Positions 1 through 12,990 are shown, counted from the whole stretch's first letter. The stretch: DNA of 62,502 nt, filler included, from Choristocarpus tenellus KU-1152 (GCA_964200185.2; 13 parts of 13 records of this genome joined end to end with filler, not necessarily neighbours in it); one strand, 5' to 3'. Notes: generated from the letters alone by a model not told the origin. Translations and numbers: made by a program.

Positions 1-33
1 GGACATCTCCTTAAATTACTCGGAGTTTAAACA

Positions 34-350
34 TTGAAGACTAAGGAATGCGTACCTACCTACCCTATCCTTCACACGATGTTCTCTATGTACCACAAAA
101 ATCCTGTACCAGCAAGAACCAAGCGGCGAGTCTTCATTGTTGAGCAACCTAAAATGGTCTGTTGTGAAGCTATACCAATCAGGAACCGTACGATCCTGTG
201 TGCATTGTTAGCACAGTTGGGAATCCACACATTAGTGTCGCTGAAACATTGGCGGAGGTGCGGATGACCCTGCAGTCGATTTTGGAGTCGATCATGGTCA
301 AGAAGGTGCGGATAACACCTACAAACTGCTCTAGGCAAGGGAAGACATGG
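34..350 (+). mobile_element. Highly degenerate Ty1/copia RNase H remnant
   Basis: Translation KNPVPARTKRRVFIVEQ resembles the copia NPVxxxRTKHI motif. Resemblance judged by eye only. Confidence 0.35.
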
Positions 351-933
351 AGGTGAGATCTGGGAGAACATACTACAAGGCTTCTGAGTAACAACCCATT
401 GGTGGGAAGGTCGGCATAGAATCCTCAATTATTGTAGGTATTTGTGTATGGCATTGAAATTTTGATATAGTGTGATGTTGGAACGAAGAACCTGGGGGCA
501 CAGAAATAGGTTAGAGAGACAAGAAGGTAGCAATACAACATAATACTAGAATAGGAGTACTAAAATAGGAAACGGATCGACAATTTTTACATTTGTGAAA
601 ATTGTAACTTCCTTAGCGATTTCCAGACATGGGAGTAGTTTTCATTAGTTTTTCTGAGGACACATGTGTCCAAAATGTGCGAGGGTATAACAGTATTTGA
701 AGGGTAAGAACTTTACGAAATGCACAGTACGGACTACTACTGCTAATCGCCGTATATATTTCCGTATTGTTCCATAATTCTTACTACTATTAAATACTAT
801 TCTATCATCCTCACTCACTCATATATCATACGCCATGGATACTTTGTAGATGCAACAACTCAACAGATACGAGGTTTGAGGGAACCCCAGAACCGTCTCT
901 TCAGAAGTTGTTGAGAATGAGACGTTGAATGGC

Positions 934-1580
934 TCACAAAAAGATGATGGTCAAAGGAGAAAAGAGTTGGTGGTTAACCTTCAAAAACTCATCGTATCCA
1001 TGGGTTGACTGTTCACGCTCTACCCAGCTTGCACCTACATACTCAGGGTAAACACATAATGTTAGTCCCAAATTCTCCCTTTTTTCCCTTTTTCGCTGAC
1101 CCCAACCTGATAGACTTTTAAGATGGATCCTGATTTGAGAGAGGAGACGGTAGACGTGCTGGAATCCAGAAACCAGAGGACGCTCCAACGACGTTGAGTG
1201 CGTTCCATCATCATATGGTGAGGTTGGCTGGCTTGCGATAGGCATTTATTGACTGGTTCAGGTCGAACTCTTGATCCATGACTCTCTTTGCACCATGATG
1301 TGGGAGCGAACTTCTACCATTCTCCACCAGGTGCAGGACATGGAAGTTCCCCACTATAGTCTGTTTTGGTGTGGATGACCCAGGTGGAGGTATCACGTCA
1401 ACTTTCCATTCACCCCCTAACCCCCCACAACCTGTCTTTTCTCGATGCATACACTCCCCAGAATCTTCAACCTCGTAAGTCCTCCATCCTCTGGAGGTAC
1501 TTCCTGGATCAGCGATACACAGAGAAATCATCTCTTGGAAAGAAAAGGCCCCCCCCATGCCTGTGCTCAACACCTCAATG
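934..1580 (-). mobile_element. Degenerate Ty3/gypsy integrase C-terminus, possible chromodomain remnant
   Basis: Minus-strand fragments INAYRKPANL, GFQHVYRLL and YPEYVGASWVEREQ occur in the order expected for NAYxLxLP / HPVFHVSLL / chromodomain SW. Frameshifted. Confidence 0.35.
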
Positions 1581-2397
1581 TGGTATATTTCGTGACACAG
1601 TAGTACTCCAGAGCAACTGCAACGCCCCTCGTCCGGGTTCTCTCTCGAGAATACGAGTTGAGCAACGAAGCTCGATTGTCAAGCACGGGGTTACGAGTGA
1701 TGGATCTCTCTTTCAAGGTATGATGGTCCACGATTCACCTCGCTTACATGTTTGTGCATACCTCTATACCCAGATGTGTTGAATTACCAGTATTGTAATA
1801 ATGCAGGATAGCGTCTGTAATGGTTAATGAATGCCTCTGTACGAACCATAGCTCTGTGGACTCTACTTACTTGGTCGACTTAGGCCTGGAGTACTGGGAC
1901 AGAGGGTATGGACAATGGACAAGTCTGTGTACCTAGTTTGTGGATACCTCTAACCACAACACGTATGATGTTCCTGGTGTGCAAATCAGGTGGTAACCAT
2001 TACTCCACCCCAATCTACCCCAGAACGTGCTGTGGTTCGCAGAGCAGATAGTTTTCCTTAGGGTGAACTCACCCATAGACGTACTATGGAAGCGACATCC
2101 ATTAAGTCAGCAGACCTTTCTTTGATACAGTTTGTGAGGCCTTCAAGTGGAAAACGTTGAAATGAGCATATGCATGTAACATAGGCTGTCTAGTTCAAGA
2201 CAGCAAGGGGAAGAAGTGTCACCTGCATGGACTTGAACTATTTTGATCTGATGGTATCTGGTATCTCAAGCCGTTCACATGGCTGCCACAGCTTGGTCGT
2301 CTGCTGAGGTACTGTCCTTTCACAACTTATCTTTGATGTGGTTCACTCTGATGGATTTGTGCTTGGTGTGTGGCACTGAGTAGTGACCTAACTGTAA

Positions 2398-2578
2398 GAC
2401 CCAAAGCATCTTGGGGGGCGAGGGGGTTGTCTACACCAGCGTATCCATTTGGACCAAAACTAGGAAAAGTGCACTTTAATTATCCATCCAATGTATGGAA
2501 CCAAATCACCCAAAAATAGCGATATGAAAAAATTGGTCCCAAATGGACAGCCGTAACACCCCCCAGATACTTTGACCC
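2398..2578 (+). mobile_element. MITE family A (~180 bp), complete copy
   Basis: Ends GACCCAAAGCATCT ... AGATACTTTGACCC, internal inverted TCCATTTGG/CCAAATGGA, G/C runs next to the TIRs, flanked by TAA/TAA. Confidence 0.85.
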
Positions 2579-3138
2579 TAATCCTCACAGACAAAGCTTT
2601 GCTGCTCTTGCTTGGTGTTCCTTGAATGGATTTTGTGTGCAGCGCACATGGTGCTGGTATTCATACACCCTGTGTGAGGTAGAGGGCATTATTTTCAATT
2701 GCAGTCTTGCTGCAGCTGAAAGCAATTTCCACGTCTCCTATCCTCCAAAAATGTTCCTGTTAGGGTTACAAATCACAAGGATTTGTGTATGTAATTTTGT
2801 GAGAACATATTTGCATGACCCAGCAACGTCCCACTACTCAATTCATGTTAGTGCACTAGTGGTGTCAAGTTCTGTAAGGTGTGACAAGAAGGTTTTGAGG
2901 GGAGATGTGCAAAAGGCTGTGTATCATGAGTAATAGATAAATTTATATATCTGAGCATAGAAAATTACTGACTAATTGAGAAATTTCAATTATGATGCAG
3001 AATATGTTTCTATTTAGAAAATTGTTACAGCTGATCCAAACCCTGATATTTTTGATGGAATGAAAAAATGGTGAAACAGAACAAGAGTTGCGTCACCAGA
3101 GACTTCTACCTAGTTTGGTACCTCTATCCAATTGTGAA

Positions 3139-3397
3139 GAGTCAAAGTATCTTAGAGGGTAGAGCTGCGTCCATTTTTGGCCCAAAATCCATTGTTGCAA
3201 TTTTGATGTAATTTGGACCATCGTGTTTGTTAGGAGATGTCAATATCCTTGTTCCAGGCACACCTTTTCATAACTGATGCATTTGATCTATTCCAAAACA
3301 TTTCGGAGCAGGTAAAATCTCATTAAAAACCCGTGGGAAGCCAAGCCCCAAATGGACAAACGGGGAAAAACTCCTACCCTCTAAGATACTTTCACTC
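3139..3397 (+). mobile_element. MITE family B (~258 bp), complete copy
   Basis: TIR GAGTCAAAGTATCTTAGAGGGTA ... TACCCTCTAAGATACTTTCACTC. 4-bp TSD TGAA at 3135-3138 and 3398-3401. Confidence 0.92.
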
Positions 3398-4097
3398 TGA
3401 ACAAGTTTTAATTACTGTACAATAGTTTTGCTGTTGGTATGAGTTTAGAATTTGCTGACCCAGCTGTGTGCTGTGTCAGCACTGGTGATTAATTGCAGGT
3501 ATCTTAAGTTCATTAGATGTGGCAAAAATCGAACCCACCCAACGCACCATATCACACTTTTCATTTTTTAGGTGTGTGAAGTACTTGCAGTATTTCAATG
3601 GTGTTGTCAACACCTAAAACCTACAGTAGACTGTCTAGATTTGTTCTTTTGCTTGAATGGTGCACTCTCCTCCAGTTTTCATTTTATACGTTCTATGCAA
3701 CATGTATCATAGAAGGTGAGGCAATGGTACTGATTCTACTGTTGTATACAAGACATATGCAAGGCTGAGTAATGTTTTCTTCACCTTTTCTGTCAGGCTC
3801 CAGACCTTGAAGAAAATCCACACTGGTGAAAGATATTGGAGGAAACAACAGGAGGCTCCTGCAACATGTGTGTGGGGGATGCATGCTCTTGAGGTAGGAC
3901 ACTGTTGTTGTAATCAAACCAGCAAGCAATGTCGTTATAGTTGGTTGGGGATATATAACATCAATGTCCTCCAATATCTTAGAGAGAGGCCCTGAAGCTG
4001 TCATCAAGAGTGCAGGTCATTGATGTGAACCAGTGCAGACAGTAGGACGACCTGCACTCTCTTACAAAGACTCAAGGTCGTAGAAACAGACCCTGAA

Positions 4098-4389
4098 GAC
4101 CCAAAGTATCTGGGGGAGGGGGGGGGTCCACACCAGAGTGTCCATTTGGACCAAAACCAGGAAAAGTGCACTTTCATTATCCATCCAACGTATGGAACTA
4201 AATCATCCAAAAATCTCGACATAAAAAATTGGTCCCAAATGGACAGTCACCACCCCCCCCCCCAGATACTTTGAGCCTGNNNNNNNNNNCCCACCCACCT
4301 TCAAAACTTAACCATCCAAAAACCCCCCCATAAAAAATTGTTCCCAGATGTGCAGGGTCCGCCCCCCCCCCCCCCAGATACTTTGAGCC
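4098..4389 (+). mobile_element. MITE family A copy (3' half repeated across a 10-N gap)
   Basis: GACCCAAAGTATCT at 4098, AGATACTTTGAGCC ending at 4277 and again at 4389. TGAA lies before (4094-4097) and after (4390-4393). Further family A ends at 4744-4782, 4884-4935, ~23660-23693 and 46186-46251. Confidence 0.85.
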
Positions 4390-4939
4390 TGAAGTCGTGA
4401 TCTTGAGTACAGGCCAATGATGCAAACATGAGCGAATGCCCTCACTCATGCTCACAAGGTCTATTCCTTGGTGAGGGTGTGGTGTCTGAGGCAGAGATTA
4501 GACAATGCAGACTTTCGAGAGAATTTGAGAGAAGTGGAGATGGGGATGAGTCCAGGATGACCCAAGGAGCTAATAACAAACCCATGTGGTAAAGTGAGTA
4601 TGATGTCCGATTTGAAGAGACAAGGTAGGACCTCCATGTTACAAAACGCTCTGCAAGCTCACTACAATAGGATATGTAGCTCCAATCCACAAGCCTGTAG
4701 GCGAATGGTGAGGCTGGTAGAAGACTCCATAATGGAAATGTCAGACCCAAAGTATCTGGGGGGGGGGGGGGGTCTAGCCGAGNNNNNNNNNNNNNNNNNN
4801 NNNNNNNNNNNNNNNNNNNNNNNNNNTTAATTAATTAANNNNNNNNNNNNNNNNNNNNNNNNNNNNNNNNNNNNNNNNNNNNGCTTTCCGATCTCCAAAT
4901 GGACAGTCGCAACCCCCCCCACAGATACTTGAGCCTGAT

Positions 4940-7441
4940 GTCTGTAGAGTGATTGATTAAATCTAGGCATGCAGCACCCCACGAAATCATAAATATTTCC
5001 TTTTATATGAGAACTTTTCTCATACAACTAATCACTAGTAAAAGGTTCTGACAACTCAACCACTAATAATTGTTCTCTTACTCCATACATATTTTACCGT
5101 AACTGTCCGATAGAGTTGGAAGAGTTTAACTAATCCAACACCCTCCCTAGCTCAAACAACTCTTGAGAGCTTACAAGAAAACAATTATGGATCCTAGGAA
5201 ACTCCTCAGGTCAATCCTGTATGACAAGAAAACCAGCTGTTGAGCTCACTGAAAATAAATCCAAACAAACACATTCGAATTCAGCAAGAAGCAAACCACT
5301 AAACATAGTATAATTTCAGCCAGGCCCCTGCATGCTGTACATCTGAGGTAACATGAACTATGCTTATTTGTCCTTTGGTTACCAAGTCCCTTAGGAAATG
5401 ATGTCTATATTAGTCCTGTCAGAACTCAAAGAGTTGTTAGCCAAATGGATGGCTCCTGTGTTGTCCTCATACACTACATAGCACGACCCAGTCCTATCAG
5501 GTTACAAGAACTCCAACAAACCTCGCAAAAATATCAACTCCTTCACACAGTCCTCTATGGCTACGTACTCTGCCTCTGCAGTCGACTGTGCTATGACACG
5601 CAAGAAACTGCTGCCCCCCACACCACTACCCACCCCGATACAGAACGTCTGTCAAAGGACTCATTGGTAAAATCCGCATCGGCGTAGGTCATCAAAGTCC
5701 AATCCTGTGCCTTTCTGGTAGGTTAGGTCCAACTCTCACGTCCCTTTCAAGGTACTTGAGGATCTGGGTCATAGCTCTCCAATGTACTTGACTCGGAGCA
5801 TGCAAATGACGGGCAACAGCTCTTTACTTCATTAGTCACATCTGATCTGGTCATGTTGCTGACCCACATCCACCCTCCAACTGCCTCCCAGAAGGGACAA
5901 TCCTTTGAGATCTTGCTCCCCTCCCTAATTCCAAGCTTTCTGGATGGGGCTCCAGGGATGGGAATGGATGATTGGATGGAAAAACGCTCACACAAGTTGT
6001 CAATGTAGTTAGTCTGAGTAATGGAGAGGGTACCACGCTTGCAATCTCTTGTGTAAGTGCAACCAGAAAACTGAGAAAATAAGCCAAGGTTTTTGGTGGG
6101 GAACTCTTCATTCAGGGAGGCACAACAATCATTGGAATCATCACCTGACGCCAAAACCATCACATGAACGGCAAGCATCATATTGACAACATCATTCCTC
6201 CTGAATCTAGATATACACGGGTCAACCAGACACCACTCAAAACCAATTGTGCTTAAGGGTGGAAACCAGCTTGGTATTCCAAGTCCTAGAGACTTGCTTT
6301 AAACCATACAGACCTGTGAAGGTGTACGGTCGTATAAGAGGGATCTCCACATCCCTGTCGGAGGCGCATATACACTTCTTCATTCAAGTCAGATTGAACA
6401 AATGCCTGCTCATCTATGTGCCACAATCTCAAGTCCATTTCACATGCCATACTGACCATCAGTCTAACTGATGAGTGGGAAGGAGTAGGGGTAGAGGTCT
6501 CGAAATAATCAAGACCATATTCCTGACCAAAACCCTGAGGAACTAGCCTAGCCTTAGTCCCATTAAACATTCCAAATGGGTCACTCTTCCACTTGGATAC
6601 CCACTTGGAACCAATGCCCTTACGACCTAGAGGTACATCTGCAGCCTTGGAACACCTTAGACATGGCCTCTTCCCATACCGACCAGTATTCAGACTTTTG
6701 GGCCTCAGCATAAGATTGAGGGACTGGTTCCAACTCAGAAACAAGACAACCATGCAGGGGGGTACTCATCAACACTCAGGGGTGGGCTGTACAGCCAAGG
6801 CATAAGCAGCATGTTGCCTCTCTACATTAGCAATAAGAGACATCACATTACCAACACTTGCGCTACCTTCAGCTCTGGCACGAGTTTCGTGTCTAGTCCT
6901 ACCCAACTCAATGCAAGGTTCACGGACTGGATCGGAAAGAAAGTCTTCCAGCTGGCAAGCTGCAGAATGGGCATCCGTTGGGTCAGCACCTGCCTGAGGC
7001 AAGTTCTGTGAACTCGAGGATGATACATGTCCTACACTCCCTTCACCATCTCGGGTAGTGTCTCTGGACAGACTCATGTCAGCTTGACCTCCCTCCCCAT
7101 CCCCAGGGGAAGGGTTATCAGCCAGATCCTTGACAATCTGACCTACCCTCCCTTCACCAGGGGGAGGATCCTTATTCAAACAGCCTTCTTATTTATTACC
7201 AAAGGACGACCTCTCACCTAGAACAAACCTGTCCTCACTTCCGTCGCTAGTGGAAGAGTCGTCAGAGAGGGATGAAGTGGAGGAGTGAGATGAAATAGAT
7301 TGTACATCTAATGTTGAGTCACCTGCTTTGGGATGGGAGAGCTTGTCCTCAGAACGAGGGTCTGCATCAAGCTCCCCCCCCCTTTCGCAAAGCAGGGGCA
7401 ACCTCTCCTGCTGGGGCAAGATTGGGGTCCTAAGAAGACAG
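4940..7441 (-). mobile_element. Degenerate Ty1/copia LTR retrotransposon (RT, RNase H, PPT, start of 3' LTR)
   Basis: RT motifs SKWVSKWK..KARLVPQGFGQEYGLDYFET..P, IDEQAFVQSDLNEEVYMR, LAVHVMVL, ITQTNYI, EAVGGWMWVSNMTRSDV, with many frameshifts. Minus-strand purine tract AGGGAGGG (5141-5148) is directly followed by TGTTGG at 5140. Confidence 0.9.
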
Positions 7442-7541
7442 NNNNNNNNNNNNNNNNNNNNNNNNNNNNNNNNNNNNNNNNNNNNTTAATTAATTAANNN
7501 NNNNNNNNNNNNNNNNNNNNNNNNNNNNNNNNNNNNNNNNN

Positions 7542-7667
7542 AATGTATACATTTTACCTACTCCGAAAAATTTTGGGGTAGGAAAATATCATTAAAAAAC
7601 TCATGGGAAACCAAGCACCAAATGGACAAACAGGGCAAAACTCATACCCTCTAAGGCACTTTCACTC
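7542..7667 (+). mobile_element. MITE family B, 3' part truncated by contig edge
   Basis: Matches the 3' half of 3139-3397 and ends CACTTTCACTC. Confidence 0.85.
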
Positions 7668-7699
7668 CGCAGTCTCTGCCATCTCGGGAAAACAGGAAG

Positions 7700-8707
7700 A
7701 GAGTGGCAAGTCCATCACCAGGTGGTACAGGGACGAAGTCTGTGGGGAAGCCTGGTCACAGTGGGCAAAGGAAACATAGTGGCCACCCGAAGGGAAGGTT
7801 GGGAAAGAGAGCAGTGCGACTGCGTGCCATTGCACTTAGGAAACGGCTAAGCGAAGAACCAGATGTAGAATATCTTAGTAGTCGACAGTTGCAGCAGGCC
7901 CTGGCTGTTTGGAAGCTGTGTGAGTCGGATTGACTTGAGGAAACGAGAAAGAACGTTTTAGGGTTGGGCTACAAGGGCTCTGAAGCCCGAAAGAAGGTCG
8001 AAAGGACTTGCAAAGCGGAGGAGAAAGCGATCGTAACAAAAGCAGCTGTGGAGACTTTTCGATACCACCAAAATCCTTTACTTCAAAGAGGTCGCGAAGC
8101 AGGTGGAGGTAGCCATCGATGTGGACACTAGGACAGAAGAGGAGGTGAGATTGAGACTATTTGCACACTGGTGGTTTGGTGTCTCCAACCTCTTGCAATA
8201 TGCCGTACATTCACTTTTGTTCCTGGACTTAGGGTTGGATGTATAAAGTTGACTAAGGCTTTCTTTCAGCCTGCATTCATTAGAGAAATCTACACAATTT
8301 TCGTTCAACTCAAGTCTATCCTCCCTCGACTTTGCGCCTTGATAAAATATCACCTGCCCAGGAAACACGAACGACACCCATTTCCGGCTCTCAACGAGGA
8401 AACATGATGGTAAAGGCTCTACACGCTGCGAATCCTGTACCTGCGTATGGACGACGGGAAAGACCGTCAAACCGCGCTCGAGATGGCAGCAGGATATGCG
8501 ATGGTCAGGTTGGAAACTGTGAATAAATGGGAGAGAGGCTTCCTAACTAAGGACCACATCAAGGTGTCGGAACAAACGCGCTACGAGAGTCGTTTCTTCC
8601 TGGGCCTCAACGAGGACATCCTTGCCGAGGTCGAAGAGTGGGTGCACGAACGCACAGGAAGAAAGGCCAGGGAGGCCTTTTCCCCACCTAAACCCATACT
8701 TTCATAA
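7700..8707 (+). pseudogene. Disrupted ORF, probable N-terminal region of an IS630/Tc1/mariner-like transposase
   Basis: Coding-like stretch broken by stops and frameshifts. ETVNKWERGF..SEQTRYESRFFLGLNEDILAEVEEWVHE resembles the HTH region preceding DDE domains in such elements. No catalytic domain is visible. Confidence 0.4.
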
Positions 8708-9041
8708 AGTAATGGTGCATCTGTTACCACTCTTGGTGACGTACAATCCGAGGTTCGAACCCCAATATGAGCGCTCTTTATTAAAAAACAAATGACGAAA
8801 AAGAAAAAATCAAAGCCCGTAGTCAGGAGGGTCTTGTGACGGGCATCACGAATATGCTTTCATTTTTTTAATCCGATGTTTACATCAAAAATCATGACGG
8901 GGCAACCCCAAAGGGCAAAGGTACTGATACCACTATACCATACAATACCACCAATCCATACTAACTGTTGATTGGTCCGCTGCTCATGAACACTTTCACT
9001 TGCATCATATCTCATCATCACAACACCATTAATCATCTTCA

Positions 9042-9299
9042 GAGCCAAAGTATCTTAGAGGGTAGAGCCGCGTCCATTTGGGGGCCGAGATCCAATGTTG
9101 CAATTTTGATGTAATTTTGCCTATCATGTTTGTTAGGAGATGTCAATATCCTTGTTCTGGACGCACCTCTTCGTAATGAATACATTTTATCTACTCCAAA
9201 ACATTTTCGAGAAGGTAAATTTCATTAAAAACCCGTGGGAAGCCAAGCCCCAAATGGACAAACAGGGAAAAACTCGTACCCTCTAAGATACTTTCACTC
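9042..9299 (+). mobile_element. MITE family B, complete copy
   Basis: GAGCCAAAGTATCTTAGAGGGTA ... TACCCTCTAAGATACTTTCACTC. Flanks TCA/TCA (3 bp). Confidence 0.92.
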
Positions 9300-9800
9300 T
9301 CAAACACTGCAGAACATAGGAAACACTAGAACACTCACTAGCGTCACTTTCCTTGAGAAACGCAAGACTAACGCCAACGTGCTTGGTGCAAGGGGTGTAC
9401 GCAAATTTAATCGCCAGGTTTAAGGCGCCTTGATTGTCCTCACGGAGTGCCAGTGGTGTCTTGCCATCAAATCCCAGCGACGAAAGTAGGCTGCGAAGGT
9501 GATTGGCTTCTTTTGCTGCTAAGCTAAGCGCGTGGCTTTCACTTTCAGTTCTCGACAGGGCGGCTGTTGACTGCTTCTTGCTCAACAGGTGACAGGAACC
9601 CCATTTAACATGAAGATATATCGAATTGTGGACTGGTAGGATTCCGGATCACTGGCGTAACTAGCATAGACATAGCCATGTGGAGTGACAAAGTTGGAAG
9701 GGGTGGCACAGTAGTGGAGTGCAAAGGACGGAGCACCTGTTGAAATATTCCACACTGGACCCACACTGGACCCACAGCTATGTGTCTTGGTAGAGGACAA
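9300..9800 (-). mobile_element. Ty1/copia RNase H fragment
   Basis: GYVYASYASDPESYQSTIRYIFMLNGVPVT, then SKKQSTAALSRTESE..AAKEA..LR..EDNQGALNLA....TKHV. Confidence 0.9.
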
Positions 9801-10267
9801 TAATTGACTTGGTGTGAATATACAATATTAATGTTACAAGAGGCTTATGGTCTCGATTCCACTGAGTGAAGCTGTAGAGTGAGACAGGTGTAGACTACCA
9901 TGTGGAATTTTCAACGCCCACATGGATAACCAGAAAAGAATACTATCTACGTTTCATATGTACCATATATGATACACCAACTAATAATCTAATATCAGAT
10001 CCCTACAATACATGAAGGTTGGTTAGAACTCTGAAATATATGGAAACATAAATTTGACTCTACCTTTCCTCCATTGGTGGTGTCTATAGCGTATCAGTAG
10101 CACTATCCATGAACACTCTCCCTTGCTGCACAGACACTATACACCCTCAAAATCTACTTCTCTGGAACTAGAGAAAAACAAACATCTGTTGACTCTCTCA
10201 AAAACAATGCTACAAATGCACCCTCACCTCAATGTTGACGTTGGGTCAGTGTAGGTTCTACATATAT

Positions 10268-10970
10268 ATTCTCGGGTACTTTCTCCTACGGGTCCTTAGC
10301 AATACCATGTTGCGTCTCCCACGATCCATGAAATGACAGGGTCCTTAGCAATATATGTGATGTCTCCTGAGTGAAAGCATCTTAGAGGGTACGAGTTTTT
10401 CCCTGTTTGTCCATTTGGGGCTTGGCTTCCCACGTTTTTCTTAGTGATATTTTCCTAATCCGAAATGTTAGGAGTAGGTAAAGGGTATACGCTATGAAAA
10501 GGTGTATCCGAAACATAGATATTGACACTTCCTAACTAACACGATAGCCAAAATTACATCAAAATCGCAACATTGGATTTTGGCCCCCAAATGGACGCGG
10601 CTATACCCTCTGAGATACTTCAGCTCTCCTATAATCAACAGAATCTCCTTAGTACATGCAAATAATAGAAAAACAGTAGTTAGTATCAATATTGATCTGG
10701 GTCATTAAAAATCAGTTACTCATCTGTCCTATTGCAGTCTCATGTGGAAACATTCTCGGGTACTTTCTCCTGCGGTTCTTAGCAATGCCATGTTGCAACT
10801 CCTACAATCAACAAAACCTCCCTAGTACATCACTACTGCAGGTCACTGGAACACAGATGCTACCTCATATATCTACCGCCCTATTGTAGTCTACAGTGAA
10901 AACATTCTTGGGTACTTTCTCCTGCAGGTCCTTACCAATACCATGTTACCTCTCCCATGATCCATGAAAT
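10268..10970 (+). repeat. Three dispersed direct repeats (ATTCTCGGGTACTTTCTCCT..GTCCTTAGCAATACCATGTT)
   Basis: Copies start near 10268, 10752 and 10903. One related unit is interrupted by MITE B. Confidence 0.8.
10369..10626 (-). mobile_element. MITE family B, complete copy in reverse orientation
   Basis: GAGTGAAAGCATCTTAGAGGGTA ... TACCCTCTGAGATACTTCAGCTC. 4-bp TSD TCCT at 10365-10368 and 10627-10630. Confidence 0.92.
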
Positions 10971-11500
10971 GGCAGGATGTGGTGGGTAGTGGGAGTCTTG
11001 AGCAGGATGTGTGGTGGGTGGTGGTCTTTGACGGGGATTGTGGTGGGTAGTGGGAGTCTTGAGCAAGATATGTGGTGGGTGATGACCTTGGATGGGGATT
11101 GTGGGGGGTAGTGGGAATCTTGAGCAGGATTTGTCGTTGGTTGTGGTGGGCTTGAACAGGATTTGTGGTGGGTGGTCGAAATCTTGAGCAGGAGATTTGG
11201 TTGGTATGAAGGTGCTGCTTTGGCATTCTGTGGAATAGGTCTAGACAAGGCTCATTGGTATGTGTGGTGGGTAGTCAGAATCTTGAGCAGGAGATGTGGT
11301 TGGAATTAAGGTGTTTCTTGAGCATTCTGTGGTATGGGTCTTGACCAGGTTCAGTTGTGGGTTTGGTGTGTGACTTGGGCCGGAGTTGTGGTGTGTAGAA
11401 GAGGGGGGATCTTGAGCAGAGAATGTGGAGGGTGTGGGGATGGGGGTGGTCTTGACAGTTTGGTGGATGGTGTAGGGAAAGACGGAAGGGCAGGTGTGGA
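10970..11500 (+). repeat. G/T-rich minisatellite, ~30-32 bp units
   Basis: Recurring GTGGTGGGTAGTGGGAGTCTTGAGCAGGA-like units with alternating variants. Confidence 0.85.
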
Positions 11501-12446
11501 AGTGTTGTGGATGAGAGGGTGCAGGGTTGGGGGGGGGGACACGGGGAGAAGTCCAAGGAGTACTAGGCATCCAAGCTCCGAAATCCGTGTCTGGCCATTG
11601 TAATTCAGTAGATGTGGCTGTGGGTACATGCGATAAACAGGCGATTGGACAAGGAGATATAATGTCACTCCTCATCCTATCATGAACGCAGCAGANNNNN
11701 NNNNNTCCAGGTCCTAACATATCAGTAGGCAGCGTTGGGGATCCAGCGGAGGAGGAAACCTGGAGGAAAAACCCCCTTCCAACGTTTGCCCTGACGACAG
11801 ATATGTCAGCGTGACACTCGTACCTCACGGCACTCACTCTGCATTTGACTTAACGTTCAAAAGACAAACTTCTATTCCAGAGTCTCATACTCACGACAAA
11901 AGTAGGGTACTGTCTAAAAAGACTCCACCCCTTCCAAGATAAACTGTTAAAGAAACAGGTGTTCCCAAGACTTGTGTGTGTAAATAACTCGATTATTCCT
12001 CATTATGTAGAACAGGTTGNNNNNNNNNNNNNNNNNNNNNNNNNNNNNNNNNNNNNNNNNNNNTTAATTAATTAANNNNNNNNNNNNNNNNNNNNNNNNN
12101 NNNNNNNNNNNNNNNNNNNACTAGATAGTCTCCGATATGATATCCTATGGTTGTGGTATGATTTGTCACCCTCTTCCTATTCATTTTAGTGGCTAATTGA
12201 CTATATCATTCCAGGCATGGCCTTGCACAAAGGTGGTACTGAGTTGCTGACTGTAGAAAAACTAGATTTGTTGCTGACCCGGGCACCTCCCTCTTCTTTC
12301 ACTGGAGTCTTCCCTTTTTGACGTATACTGTTCCTTCTGTCTGCATTGGCTGTGATTATTATTGGTAATGTAGATATAATTATCTTCCAGAGAATAAATG
12401 CATTTTTGTTATATTTGACATGCGCTAGAAAAGGTACTACTGAGGG

Positions 12447-12990
12447 CCAAGTAAGGATTTTTTTTGGTTCTTAACATCACTTAATTTCTTTCCTCTTCAC
12501 TACCCCCATCCACCCTCTGTTGTGGAAATATAATTTTTTACCCCTCTGTGATCATCTCTCCTGATAGATTAGTTGGATGTATAGTGTTGTCTGATAATAT
12601 TGGCATTACCTACTTCAGCTTACCTAACTGCAACCGTCGGCATAGGTCAAAACTCACACCTTGGGTGTCTTATCCATTTTTTCCTACTGTAACAATTCCC
12701 TCAGTCCTCCACCATCTCGTTTTCTCTGTCTTGGGCTCAAAGCATCTTGGCGAGGGGGTGTGGCGGTTGTCCATTTAGGATGAACATTTTTGTGTTGTGA
12801 TATTTAAATGATTTGGTTCCATAGTTGGGATGAATAATGAAAGTCCACCTTCTAGGTTTTGGTTCAAATTGACACCCTAGTGTAGACCCTTCCCCCTCCT
12901 TCCCACCCCTCTACAGATGCTTCAAGCGAAAGAGAAGATTAAGAGGCACTAAATATAATTTTATTGTAAGACTAGAGGTCAATTTTAACC
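12447..12990 (+). repeat. Intronic block copy 1, duplicated at 14782-15329, contains MITE A at ~12734-12928
   Basis: Colinear shared motifs CCCCCATCC.CCCTCTGTTGT.GAAATATAAT, TGTCTGATAATATTGGCATTACCTAC, AACAATTCCCTCAGTCCTCCACCATCTC, the MITE, and AGAGAAGATTAAGAGGCACTAAATATAA. Confidence 0.9.

Noticed and set aside
4290-4389. Tandem second MITE A copy
   Set aside because: A noisy duplicate of the preceding 3' half across a 10-N gap; most likely a scaffolding overlap artefact.
9235-9423. Recurrent small ORFs MGSQAPNGQTG.. (also 38515) and GSKYLGGGG peptides
   Set aside because: They are translations of the MITE sequences with no sign of coding constraint.
10970-11500. CRISPR-like repeat/spacer appearance
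   Set aside because: The intervening sequences are themselves related to each other, the repeats are degenerate, no cas genes are present and the context is eukaryotic.
10891-11837. Pro/Thr/His-rich ORFs
   Set aside because: By-products of a stop-poor minisatellite that is open in several frames.
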